A stretch of DNA of 61,729 nt, filler included, from Stramenopiles sp. TOSAG23-6 (taxonomy: Eukaryota), in assembly GCA_900128565.1 (NCBI GenBank). It is 2 parts of 2 records of this genome, joined end to end, with 100 filler letters (N's around TTAATTAATTAA, not from the genome) between each part and the next. Parts side by side here need not be neighbours in the genome. Positions count along the whole stretch, not along the records: positions 30,987 to 61,729 come from LT635963.1; 1 more part is not named here. One strand, written 5' to 3'. Shown piece after piece: positions 51,001-61,729 of this stretch (its first letter is position 1; the number at the start of each line of letters is the position of its first letter). The notes under the pieces are model-generated. The model saw only the letters and a list, made by a program, of their open reading frames with translations. It was not told the origin of the DNA and searched no databases. Made by a program: the position numbers and the translations under genes.

Positions 51001-54000
51001 TTGTGTGACTTCCAATAAATATTCAAGAGGGTTTGCTGCACCCCAATCGTAAGCAATATGTTCATTAATAGCAAGCTTACAGGCCGTTGTTTCGGTAAAA
51101 ACAAACTGCACGGTTTTATTAGGTTGTACACAGAATGAACTCCGCCAAGCTTTTGTTACACATACTTCATTTATAAGGGTACATTCACTAGTACATTGAG
51201 TAGGACTTCGGTTAAAACAAGGATCCCTACATTGTGTTTTACCAGCTATCTCTACTCTATCGCACAAAATGCCTTCAGGACCAGTGTACAATACAGGGCA
51301 TTTGCTTACTGAAAATGCTGAGCATGGATCACATGTAACAAACATTTCTACCCGGTTCGATGCATTTGTGCCCTTGTTTTTCCCACTTTTTACAACTTTA
51401 GTTGAGGTTGCACCCATTGTATGTCCGACAATGTCACAAACCGCATTATTCTCCCCCTCAAAAGTTGTTTTACCCAGTGACGATTTTAGCCTAAGTACAT
51501 GTTGCCGGAAAAGACCTGTTGGATTTGGCTTATACGGAGTTTGGAATGTAAAATATAATTTTGTTGGCCGAATGTTAGATTCAATAGTACTTAGTTGGGC
51601 AATTGCACCCATCTTGATATCGTCTACATCTATATAACCAAGGCACGATCCAACATTTTCGCTGTTTTGGTTTAGAACCAATAAATTATTCTCAGTATCC
51701 AATGCACATGAAGTGCATGAATCCGCTTTATTGGCTTCAATGCAGGTGTTACACGTTGAATGACACGCGCCCGCAGCAAACACCTCAGCAGACCTGACAG
51801 TAACATCATGGCTTTGTCCCCAATAGAAAGAAAAATCGATGTATTGTTTCTTCTTGATGAAGCATCCATTTGAAGATTTCCTTGGCTCTATTCCATTTTC
51901 GTCAATGTCTACATTATTAGCTTTGCGAATAATCCAGGAATGTTGTTCTGCTTCTGCAGTAAACGATCCGTACAGTGCACATCCCTTCCAGTAATCGAGA
52001 CCATATTGTCCAGCACCAGACCCAGCAACATATGCCTGACATTTTGGATTATCATTACATAGTTGCCGACATTCTTCAGATGAAGTCACAGAGCCCAATG
52101 TAGCAGTTGGATTTGGACAGATTGGATATGGCCTACGTAATAAACCCTTGTATGTTTTTTCCAATGGTACACACGAATTTCCTGTAAAGCTACAGCATGA
52201 ATTTTCCTTTGCTGGGATAGATTGGCATATCGAGAATTTATCTACGACACTAGATGAAATTCTTGATTGCTTCACTTCACATGTGTCTTGATAATCTGAG
52301 CCATTTGTACAATCATCCTCGTCTTCCATTTCACATGATCCATCATCACCGAAACGGCAACATCGATCAGCTTCACTTAGATTATTACACGATTGCAATG
52401 TTGTAGGATTTCTTTTTGTGGGACATAAGAGATCCACATCTGCGACATTTGTTATGTAGCTCTCGAGAGGGCGCGTAGAGCCATTTAAAGATATACCTTT
52501 GCAAACACCAAGTTGTCCATTACTTGACGCAATATATCCTTCGATACTTTCGTGACTTTTGAACTTACAGTGCGATCCACTTTTAATTACAACTTTTATC
52601 GGAGCTCCATGTGGGAGATTGTCATTCAGCGATATTGAAATGCTCTCTTCTTTTTCGGCAAGCATACAGTCACTTGAATTTGTGATAATCTCATATCCGT
52701 ACTTGCAGAAATAATAAAAATCTTCAGAACATTTTTTTCTACCCAATGCACTGCAATCTGGGTCATTCATACACTTAGTCTTAGCATCTTCTAAAGAATC
52801 AAACTCTTGGAAGTTGTACTGATGAGGAGCATCATGTATTGTGGAAAAATATTTAAAAAAAAAAATCATTAGATACAAAATGTAGTAGAAAAAAATATTT
52901 AGGTAAAAATTGAAATGAAAACATACACACGACAAATTCATCGATTCCATAAATAAATAAGCTATATTTGCGGTATCAAAATACTCTTCATCGTCACCAT
53001 TGACATTCTTAACACTGACGTCACACTGACTTTCACCAATTGGTAAACCTTTACCTTGGCTATCGATAAAAAAGGGAATATTTGCTTGGGATTCATCACA
53101 GGGTTTGACAGTGTAATATTTCCAGCTCAGACCAAAAGATGGTGCATTGGACAGTGATACATTAGAATTATTGAAGACAATACATTCTTTCTCTTTCGGA
53201 TTATATAATATTGCATTACATATACTACCCCAATTCGAGCATATATTGAAACAACTTTCAATAGTGGAGTGATTATTTTTCACTTTACTTGCTTTACCTT
53301 GTGATATTTGTTGTTGATGAGAATTTGAACCACTTGGATGAAAGAAAGAACTCCCCTCAAAACGGGGGCAATTCACATCTACGAATGAAAACTTTCGTTT
53401 ATGAACCATAAAATGTATGTTTGATGTATTCTGCGATACTCTGAATTTTGTAGAGATAGTTGTGGGTGCATGATCTGGACCAAATTGTAAGGAATCCATA
53501 AAAACACTCAGTTGACATTTACCTACGATATCACTAACTTCAGTTAGTGACAGTTCCCCATTACAATTTCCACAACGAGTTGCATCATTTTTATTATTAC
53601 AACCATTGCAGGTTTCGTGACAATCATTTAGTCCAATGCTTTGCAACGACTCTCTCTTGTGTTGTTCATCGGTAAAATAATGATTCCACTCCCTATAATA
53701 ACTTCCGCCATTTCCGTCAGAATATTTATGTCTCCATCGAATACCAAGACCTCTGTTATCATCATCGGCGGAATCAATTTCCCTAAATCTACAATCACTG
53801 TCATCATTTTCGTCTGATTGCATTATAATGGTTAACACTTCTCGATTTTGGGGAAATAAAGCAGTGGTTGAAAATTTGGCCAATATTGAAACATCTTTAG
53901 TGGCTAGATACATCTCTTCATGTTCTTCATCTGGATTAAGTGAAGGACATTTTTCATCATCTTCATCCAATGTTATGAAACCACTCTCATAATTTGATCC

Positions 54001-56009
54001 AGGATTTGCAATTTCACACCACGTAATATCACCATTATGAAAACATACATTAAGTGTCATTCCAGTACCTTCGCCACCTTTTGTTGCTACACCTTGAAAA
54101 CATTCATTTTGGACGTCATATCTTCCCTCATTATCACCATTATCATCCCGACAAGAAATCAAAGGTACAAATTCTAATTCAGGATTTTCATCATTTTCAG
54201 GGCGGATTTCATTTAAGAGAAATTGTTTTCTTGGAAATGATGAACCTGCAATGTAGGATTCAAATTTACACCTACTCGATTGTTCGTCGGAGTCTAAAAT
54301 AGATTGTTCAATTGCTGAAGATTCAGTTACATAAATCTCAGTACTTAAAATGTTTTGATCACTCCGATAATGCATTGTATTATCAGGCATTATTGAAATT
54401 TGTGCACTTGTTGGAGTAGTCTCTTCCTGTAAAGTGTTAAAAGTTGCCAAAATCTCTGGACACATTCCAACAATTTGAATCGGGGGCCAATTGCCGTCAT
54501 GGTAGCTCAAACTACTAACACTCGGATTTAGAAAGTCAATATTACACGCATGACAGCTATGACTATCATGCTGGGCATTGCACGAATCAAAGGCACAACT
54601 TCTTGGGCACCTCCCAGACTCAAGAAAATCGAGGGAGAAATAAAATTCAACATCGTCGTCTTCAATGTTTGCGTAAAATTCCATATTTGAAGAAGGATTT
54701 GAATTCATTGAGCAGATACTAGTGAACCGAATAACGATAACAAGCGTCTGATTTTTATTAACACTTTCAGATAAAGTGATTGTGAGTTTATCTGAGGAGT
54801 CTACAGTGATACATATATTGTGAAAAAATATCTTTTTGTAAAATTTGTTAGGTACGAAATTTCGTACAAAAAAAAAATTCGAAATTAAAAAAAATAAAAC
54901 ATACTCTCCGCAATATTTGTTTCGTGTGGATAGTTTCCGCGGACATCCAGAATACTGCAGTTCTCAATATAGTCTGGAAATATCCTATTTGCAGAATTGC
55001 CATTTATATCATGTCTTATGAAGATTTTGTCACCAGCAGATAAACTTTGACTCGTTTCAAACTCGGCGTAGAAAACATTTGGTACGCGACCAATTACTTG
55101 ATTATCAAATTTTACTCGAAAGTTGCCATTATTACCACCATTACCATTATTACCACCATTACCATTATTACCACCATTACCATAACCATCACTATCATCA
55201 TTACCACCACCACCTGCACCTCCATCATTATAATCATTACCTCCACCACCTGCAGCACCTCCATTATCATTGACTTCACATACACCAGTTGATCCATTAT
55301 TGTGATTATATCCCACACACTTTGGCTTGTCACTAGGGCACTGGCNCTGTGAGCTAACAGAGGAAGGATAAGACTGTCCACAGCAAGGTGAACTGGATTC
55401 GAAGTCTGCCTGGCAACCTTCATCATCTGCACCTCCACCACCTCCATTATTATTGACTTCACAAGCACCCCACGTATGTTGCGAAGAACTTGAACTTTGA
55501 ACATACCCCGTACACTTTGGCTTGTCAGTAGGACACTGGTACTGTGAGGGAACATTAGAAGGAATAGACTGTCCACAGCAAGGTGAACTTGAGGAGTAGT
55601 CAGCCATACAATCTTGATTGCAAGCACCCCACGTGAATTCATTTGCATTTAAACTATAAACATACCCCATACACTTTGGCTTGTCAGTAGGACACCGGTA
55701 CTGTGAGGAAACAGTCTGAGGAACAGACTGTCCACAGCAAGGTGTAGTTGAGGAGTAGTCAGCCATACAACCATTATTATTGACTTCACAAGCACCCAAC
55801 GTTTCTTGCAAAGAAGTTCTAACATATCCCACACACTTTGGCTTGTTAGAAGGACACCGTTTCCCTGAGGGAACATACTGAGGATCAGTCTGTCCACAGC
55901 AAGGTGAACTTGAGCCGTAGTCAGCCTTGCAACCGACCATTGCATCAACCGCAACTAAATGAATTAAGCAAAACAATACATATATTCTTCTGAACATGTG
56001 ATTCGACAT
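36059..56009 (-). CDS. Giant (~6,500 aa) Cys-rich cell-surface receptor-like protein: signal peptide, Cys repeats, PAN/PSI/TSP1/LamG/FN3-like modules, GCC2-GCC3-type CPxGxYC repeats, EF-hand pair, multi-TM domain, WW. Contains 3 introner introns and five +1 frameshifts.
   Basis: Eight consecutive minus-strand ORFs joinable by introns or single-base deletions in homopolymers. MSNHMFRRIYVLFCLIHLVAVDA; DIDGNGVVGLDEL/DTDHNGAISFTEW; YGSLFEQYERQYWWFELIEMLRK. Confidence 0.7.
43791..43883 (-). mobile_element. Introner-like GT-AT intron (93 nt)
   Basis: CCAT|GTTTGT...GTACGAAATTTCGTACCTAAC...CAATGTAT|GG. Confidence 0.85.
52834..52926 (-). mobile_element. Diverged introner-like GT-AT intron (93 nt, in-frame)
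   Basis: TGT|GTATGT...GTATCTAAT...CAATACAT|GAT. Confidence 0.75.
54813..54904 (-). mobile_element. Introner-like GT-AT intron (92 nt)
   Basis: GAGA|GTATGT...CAATATAT|GTATC; joins ORFs 54885-56069 and 50377-54708. Confidence 0.85.
55290..55935 (-). repeat. Four tandem Cys-rich coding repeats (CxADYxSSSPCCGQ..CPxDKPKCxGY..GAC)
   Basis: Near-identical DNA and protein repeats. Confidence 0.9.
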
Positions 56010-56255
56010 TTTAATAGTTTCTACTGAAGATTCATCAAACCAACCAGTTAGATATTTATGCAAGTACACCGTCGTTTTTTGTCAGTTTCTGTCAGTTACA
56101 AAACCGAAAAACCGCCAATATCTCCATATATTATTTCGTGCACAGCGGATTATTTTTTGTTGTCATAGACACCAAGAAAGAAGAGTAATAAGTAGTCAGC
56201 TACAAGTCATTATATTATTATAAGCATCGAAACTTAGTTAAACAGTATATCTTTA

Positions 56256-57529
56256 ATGTCAAAGGAACCACACCCGGGCGACTGGGAATGTCCCGGGTGT
56301 TTACTGGTAGTGTTTGCACATCGTAGTGAATGCATACGTTGTGGTTTTGCCAAGCCAGGTGAGTATACTGTACCAAAGAAGTTACGAGCAAAGGTATCGA
56401 GACCATTGGCCAAGGAGGAAACAATCTCAACGAAATGTAATAATAGTTTAGAAAAAGGAACACAATCCAAGACAATTCACAAACAATCACAACGAAGCCG
56501 TCACAATAAAAAACGGCGTCTTCGTCAAAGTGCTAGGAAGCCTCGCTTTGCAGCGTTTGCTCGTTGGATAAAGGAAAAGTTTGGTAATGTGATGCTCCCA
56601 GGTTGTTCTGTCCTTGATGTGGCTGGTGGTTCAGGAGGCCTGTGTTGGGAATTGGTTGCCCCGTTATCAACAATAGATTCAATTAGATGTACTGTGATAG
56701 ATCCAAATCCCGTCCGATTTAGTAGAAGAAAGACTGAAAATCTCATTCGCGCTGCCTTAGTTAGAGTTAATGATTGCAATTTCAGTGTGACCAAAGTTGA
56801 AAATGTCACCAAAATAGACTCTCAGATAAAGGTGGCACTCGACATCAAGTGCTTAGACAAGACAGTCATTGATAAGGCTTCAGATGTTGTAAGCGATACA
56901 GCTGTAAATATTCTTCAAAAACGTGGCGCCCAGCAGCTAAAAACTCTTTTTAATGCAGACTTTTGTTCTGGTCAAAATCCGAATGGGTCTGAAATCTCGA
57001 AAGATTTGTGGCAAAAATGTGTGTTGGTAGTTGGCTTACACCCAGACCAAGCAACGGATTCAATCGTAGACCTCGCACTGAAGCATCAAAAGCCTTTCGC
57101 TGTCGTTCCATGTAGGTTTTTTTATCATTACGTTTCACCTCTCTATTTTTTTTTATACCAAAATTTGTACCTAACAAATTTTTTACAAAAAAAAAAAAAA
57201 ATATTTTCCACAAAATATGCTGTGTATTTCCAACACTCTTTAAAAAACGTCGTCTTCCTGGTGAACTAAAAGTACGTACGCGTGAAGAATTATGTGAATT
57301 TTTGAGGTTAAAATCTCCGACTTATATACATATATGTTTTATTTTTGTTTCAGTTTCGAATTTATTTTTTTCATAAAATTTTGTACCTAACGATTTTTTT
57401 TTGAAATATTTTTCCAAAATACATGTAGATACAATACCTGATTTACCTGGTCCTTGTAATACGGTAGTTTGGTGTTGTGACTATTCTGTACCAACTTTAT
57501 CAACTGAAGACAATATTGTAAAAGTATAA
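56256..57529 (+). CDS. RanBP2-type zinc finger + methyltransferase-like protein, 3 exons
   Basis: GDWECPGC..FAHRSECIRC; VLDVAGGSG; VGLHPDQATDSIVDLAL..FAVVP|CCVFP. Confidence 0.8.
57112..57218 (+). mobile_element. Introner-like GT-AT intron (107 nt)
   Basis: CCAT|GTAGGT...GTACCTAAC...CACAAAATAT|GCTGT restores VPCCVF. Confidence 0.85.
57332..57424 (+). mobile_element. Introner-like intron (93 nt) with donor ATATGT; alternative GT-AG register 57336-57428
   Basis: CAT|ATATGTTTT...GTACCTAAC...AAAATACAT|GTAG. Confidence 0.75.
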
Positions 57530-57758
57530 AATATAAATATAATACATAATAATATTTTTTGTTAAAATTGATACCTACATTTTGTTTCATCATAAAAATA
57601 TCGAGTAAAAAATGGCACAAACCTGATCTTGTCCCCCAAGGGAGCGCGCATTTTGAGTCAGTTCGAATGCTTGGTAATTACTGGGCCACACGTCGCAATT
57701 ACTTGCCTGCTTGTACGGAGTATAGCTAGTCCTAAAACTCAAACAAAACAAAAAGGAA

Positions 57759-59724
57759 ATGAAGATTCTATCACTACTAACACTATTTGTTTCAGCATCT
57801 TTTGTATACGGAGGCGATCCTGTGCCTGTTCACGATGAAGGCTTTAAGCGTTTTCAAGGAAAAATTAAAGGAGCGCCCTTTGAGCTTATGCTTCTGACAC
57901 AGCATGTTCCCACCACATCAGGCGTCGATGCAGCTCTAGTCAAGAGTGAGAACGGACGTGTGATGATGTTTATTCCATATTTGGAGAATCTGCATTATAA
58001 ACTTACAGGGCTTGACCTTATCGTCACGTCATCAAATATTGTAAGTGTTTATGCCGCAAAGGGACCCATGGGAAGGTTGGAAGAGTTCGAGATAACTTTT
58101 TCTTCGACTGAAATAGCCAAAAGCTTTGTAACTGCTGTAGAAGCTGTATTTAATCCGACCACTGCAATTACCAAAAGTGAATCAAGTGCATTTCATATTC
58201 CAACAAGCCGTCAAGAATCTAAAGCTCCCGGTTATGCTTCAATCAATGAATCGGCACAGACTAACAACCAGCAGATTAAACCACATCTTCAAGATCTTCA
58301 AGTGCTCACAGCTAAAGACATAGACACTGGTTTTGAGCGACCTAAATTGACGAAAGAATCTTCAGCTGAGCTCCCCGGTAAGATTCATCTAATAAAAGAC
58401 AAATCACTTCAAGATTTGTATGAGTCAGATTCAACTTCAAGAGGAACTGCGTGGCAAACACGTGCAGGTGTGGCGGACTTCAGGACCAAGGAAGAAACCA
58501 AATCTTTTCTTGAGTTAGTAAAAGAAGGCAAACAACGTTATGATGACGTTGCGGACGATAAACACTCAGACCAGTACTATGAAGCTAACTATACCCACGA
58601 TGAATATCACTGTTATGAACAGATTGTAAAAGATGTTCCAGATCGAGTGGCTGCAACTGATCAAGAAAAAGAAGCACTGACAAGAATATTATGTGCTTAT
58701 TCCGTGTTTGATCAACGACTCCGGTTTTGTCAGGGAATGGATAATATTGCACTTACGCTTCTCAGACTCCCAATATCAGGAAACACAGATGAGGGGAAAC
58801 AAGATGGAGGGAAAACAAGCAAAATTTCTGAAGAGGATGCATTTTGGTTATTAGCAACAATATATCATGATAAAAAGTACAAATTATCAAATTATGCACG
58901 TATTGACGATGGTGGAACAGTAGCAGAAACTGTCGCAGAGGCTGTGGAAAATTTGATGGAGTTACAGGAAGGTAATGATGCATTACAGAAGATGCTTGAG
59001 TTTCCCAAAGCCATGAACAATTTGACTTTTTTTGTGTACAGTTTGACACATAAAATTTTCCAAATGTTTGAAGGGTTTGCAGTTAAGCTTGACATCTATG
59101 ACATGTTTATTGAAAGTGGGTGGCCAGGTTTAGTAAGAGCCATCGTTGCTCTTGTTAATTTTGCAAGGTAAGTGAAAATATATCATATTTTATTTTATGG
59201 AAATCTCGAAATCACAAATTTATATATACTAACTAATCAAAATTTCTATTTTTACCACATAATTCAACAGTACTTTGCTTTTGGAAAAATTTGGAGCAGC
59301 AAACAACTGGAAAATTGGTGAAATGGAAAATGATGCACAAGAAATATTTGAAGCGTTGCCCAAAACGTGTACACAGAAAAGATTTCGAGAGAGCCTTAAA
59401 GCGATTAAGCCATTTGAAGAATTTGATACAATTTATTTAAGAAAGTTGCATGATATTTTTTATGAATCGAAGTCACCACGAAAAATGTCAACAACTCAGA
59501 GACGTAGAAAATATCAAAAAGCTCGAATGTCTCAAATGCGGGGGCATTCACTGCCTGCAATGCCAAGAGAGCCAATGGAAGGCATGAACGTATCAGTACC
59601 GCGGCGATCCAAAAGCGCCAACGGCAGAGGAAGATCGATATCGCCAAAACCTATGTCAAGAGAGGCAGACACCGGGTCACTTTCATCATTTTTGTCTTTC
59701 TTCAAAAAATCTTCCGGAGAATAG
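57759..59724 (+). CDS. Rab-GAP TBC-domain protein with predicted N-terminal signal peptide, 2 exons
   Basis: QIVKDVPDR, LTRILCAYS, FCQGMDNIA, EEDAFWLL. Confidence 0.75.
59168..59270 (+). other. Canonical GT-AG intron (103 nt)
   Basis: AG|GTAAGT...TACTAAC...CAACAG|T. Confidence 0.9.
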
Positions 59725-59864
59725 GGGGTTCTAATGATAACAATTATAGCCAGCCTTCATTCGCACTAGAAGCATATTCTAGCAAAAACTTGCACATATT
59801 TTGTATATAATTATAAAAGATCATCAATTTGACTAATATATGACAGTATATTTCAATACTTTTA

Positions 59865-61674
59865 TTACAATTTTCTTATTTCTTTTACAACAAGACGAAT
59901 AAGGCATGCAGAAGCCATTAAACAGCAAAACATCAAAAAGTAAAATACATAATTCCATCCGAAATACGTTGAAATTGCACCAATAGCAACGCCTTGGATT
60001 GCAGCACCTATTGAACCTGTACCATCTACTATACCAGTTACGGTAGCCATTAATTTACCTTTTGAATAGTTTGAATGTTCATAATCTATGTTTGCAGATT
60101 CTGAATTGCTCAGAGAGGGATGACAACCGAGATCAGCTGAAACTGCTGTAGTAATGTATTTTGGAAAAATATTTCAATTGGTTTTTCTTTAGGTACAAAA
60201 TTTCGTACGAAAAATAAATGTGAAATTGAAAAAAAAAAATAAAACATACATGAGTGCGTAAGGACCATTAATTAATACTCCAACAAATAGCATGAGGAAT
60301 ACATTTGGTAGCAACTTATCGCCAATCTCAATAGATATATATCTGTATGTAAGTAATCCAGGGATTGAAAGTATCAGAAATCCAAAAGAGACACAAGCAG
60401 GTTTACGTGTCATATCTCGTAAAAGTCCAGCAAGGATACTCCCAAATATGCCACCAATATCAACAAAAGTACACAGATATCCCGCATGTACAACGGAAAA
60501 ACCATTATGCACTAAATAATATGGTGTCCAAAAAATAAAAGTATACGCAACTAATTTAACAAATAACAGACATACAGAAAATTCAATTACTCCAGGGATG
60601 TGTTTTGGAAAAATATTTCAAAAAAAAAATTTTCAATTTGTTAGGTACAAAATTCCGTACGAAAAAAAAAACGAATTTGAAAAAAAATAAAACATACATA
60701 CACAATGCTTTGTAAAAATTAGACAATGACTGTTTACGCTTTGGGTTTTGTTTCATATTGTCTGCGGATAACACTTGACTTTCATTATTTCTGAAAGATG
60801 ACAAATTTGGATGTACATTATTTGACACATTTTCTGGATTTGTCTGTAAACGAACTTGCCATACCCCGCTTTCTCGAGTGCTTACACTATGTAGTTGTCC
60901 AGTACTTGACATCAAATCAGAGTCGTTTAATTCTTCTTCATTGAGTCGTTGAGAATACATGTATTTTGGAAAAATATTTCAAAAAAAAATCGTTAGGTAC
61001 AAAATTTATGNAAAAAAANAANTTCGAAACTGAAAAAAAAATAAAACATACATATTCCTAATGCCAGTTTCAGTTGATGATATTATTTGATCTCCGATAT
61101 TTTCTTGAGAAATGACATCAAGATCACCTGTTGGAAATCCAAGTTTCGAAGGATATGGAATGATAAAAATAAAGACAGTTATTGTAGATATAAACATTAC
61201 AACACCCGCAATAACAAAAGCCATTGGCCATGTATTTTGGAAAAATATTTTTAAAAAAAGTAGTTAGGTACAAAATTTCGTACGAAAAAAACCTTCGAAT
61301 TTGAAAAAAAATAAAACATACATGAAACATTGTTTTTTCCTAATTCACCAGTCCATAGAGGGAAGCTTAAAGCTGCAGTACCCAATATACTCCCAATGAT
61401 ATTACCAGTACTAGTGTGAGCATTCCAAATACCCATGACTAGACCTCTTTCATGTTTTCCATACCAATTACCAACGATTGATACAACAGCAGGCCAACCT
61501 GAAGACTGAAAAATACATGTCCGAGAAAAAATATGTCAATCACAAAAAATATTATTAGAAACGGATACAGAATGTTTTGAAAATAAGAAAAACAAATGGA
61601 TTTCAGTCTGAAGAAAGTACCTTGTACTGCATAGATAGAAATAAAGTAAATCAGAGAGTGTTCTTTGAACCAGT
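59865..61674 (-). CDS. MFS sugar-phosphate exchanger (SLC37A/GlpT family), 5'-truncated
   Basis: QGIFQSSGWP, MGIWNAHTSTGNIIG, ALCIPGVIEFS, NGPYALITTAVSADLG, ATVTGIVDGTGSIGAA. Confidence 0.9.
60154..60249 (-). mobile_element. Introner-like GT-AT intron (96 nt)
   Basis: CTCAT|GTATGT...AAAATACAT|TACT restores ALITTAVSADLG. Confidence 0.9.
60598..60697 (-). mobile_element. Introner-like GT-AT intron (100 nt)
   Basis: TGTAT|GTATGT...AAAACACAT|CCCT restores ALCIPGV. Confidence 0.9.
60959..61051 (-). mobile_element. Introner-like GT-AT intron (93 nt)
   Basis: AATAT|GTATGT...AAAATACAT|GTAT. Confidence 0.8.
61230..61321 (-). mobile_element. Introner-like GT-AT intron (92 nt)
   Basis: TCAT|GTATGT...GTACCTAAC...AAAATACAT|GG. 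Confidence 0.85.
61517..61620 (-). other. Non-family (or highly diverged) GT-AT intron (104 nt)
   Basis: CAAG|GTACTT...CTCGGACAT|GTATTTTTCAG restores QGIFQSSGWP. Confidence 0.7.
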
Positions 61675-61729
61675 ATGTATTTTGGAAAAATATTTCAAAA
61701 AAAAATCTTAAAAAATTTGTTAGGTACAA
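61675..61729 (-). mobile_element. Introner-like intron, 3' part (truncated by window edge)
   Basis: GTACCTAAC...TTTTTCCAAAATACAT|ACTGG. Confidence 0.8.

Noticed and set aside
1-61729. U12-type AT-AC introns
   Set aside because: No RTATCCTT donor. In the 2-nt-shifted register the 5' dinucleotide would vary (AT, GT, TT, CT, GA, AG) and conserved residues would be lost at 20070 and 61517.
1-61729. Ciliate-style DNA-eliminated IESs
   Set aside because: Strict sense orientation plus donor and branch motifs favour RNA splicing, and there are no TA boundaries. Not formally excluded without RNA or DNA reads.
1-61729. Alternative genetic code
   Set aside because: TAA, TAG and TGA all end genes at expected positions, and long ORFs translate normally.

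Overview
AT-rich, gene-dense eukaryotic (protist-like, probably flagellated) nuclear DNA from a draft assembly. Two contigs are joined by an N-TTAATTAATTAA-N linker at 30887-30986. About 19 protein-coding genes are recognisable, including ADAL, TMEM258, a WW-PH-SAM-formin-like protein, CFAP210-like, MROH1-like, a DHCR24-like oxidoreductase, an ARM-repeat protein, BAR-SH3, an SRPK kinase, a C2/GRAM protein, an LRR protein, a ~6,500-aa Cys-rich multi-TM receptor-like protein, a ZnF-methyltransferase, a TBC RabGAP and an SLC37 transporter. The main observation is 35 short insertions (mostly 87-110 nt) that interrupt ORFs, always in the sense orientation. All but one are copies of one introner-like family (sense consensus GTAYGTTTTATTTTTTTCAAA..TTCGTACGAAATTTTGTACCTAACGATTTT..GAAATATTTTTCCAAAATACAT). 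They carry a spliceosome-like GTAYGT donor and a CCTAAC branch motif, but the ORF-restoring 3' end is not AG: AT in 26, GT in 3, TT in 2 and AC in 1 of the 32 visible 3' ends. The last 2 nt duplicate the last 2 exon nt in 24 of 31 complete copies. These coexist with 5 ordinary GT-AG introns. This points to a transposon-derived intron class spliced without the AG acceptor. No RNA evidence is available here, so splicing is inferred from reading frames.
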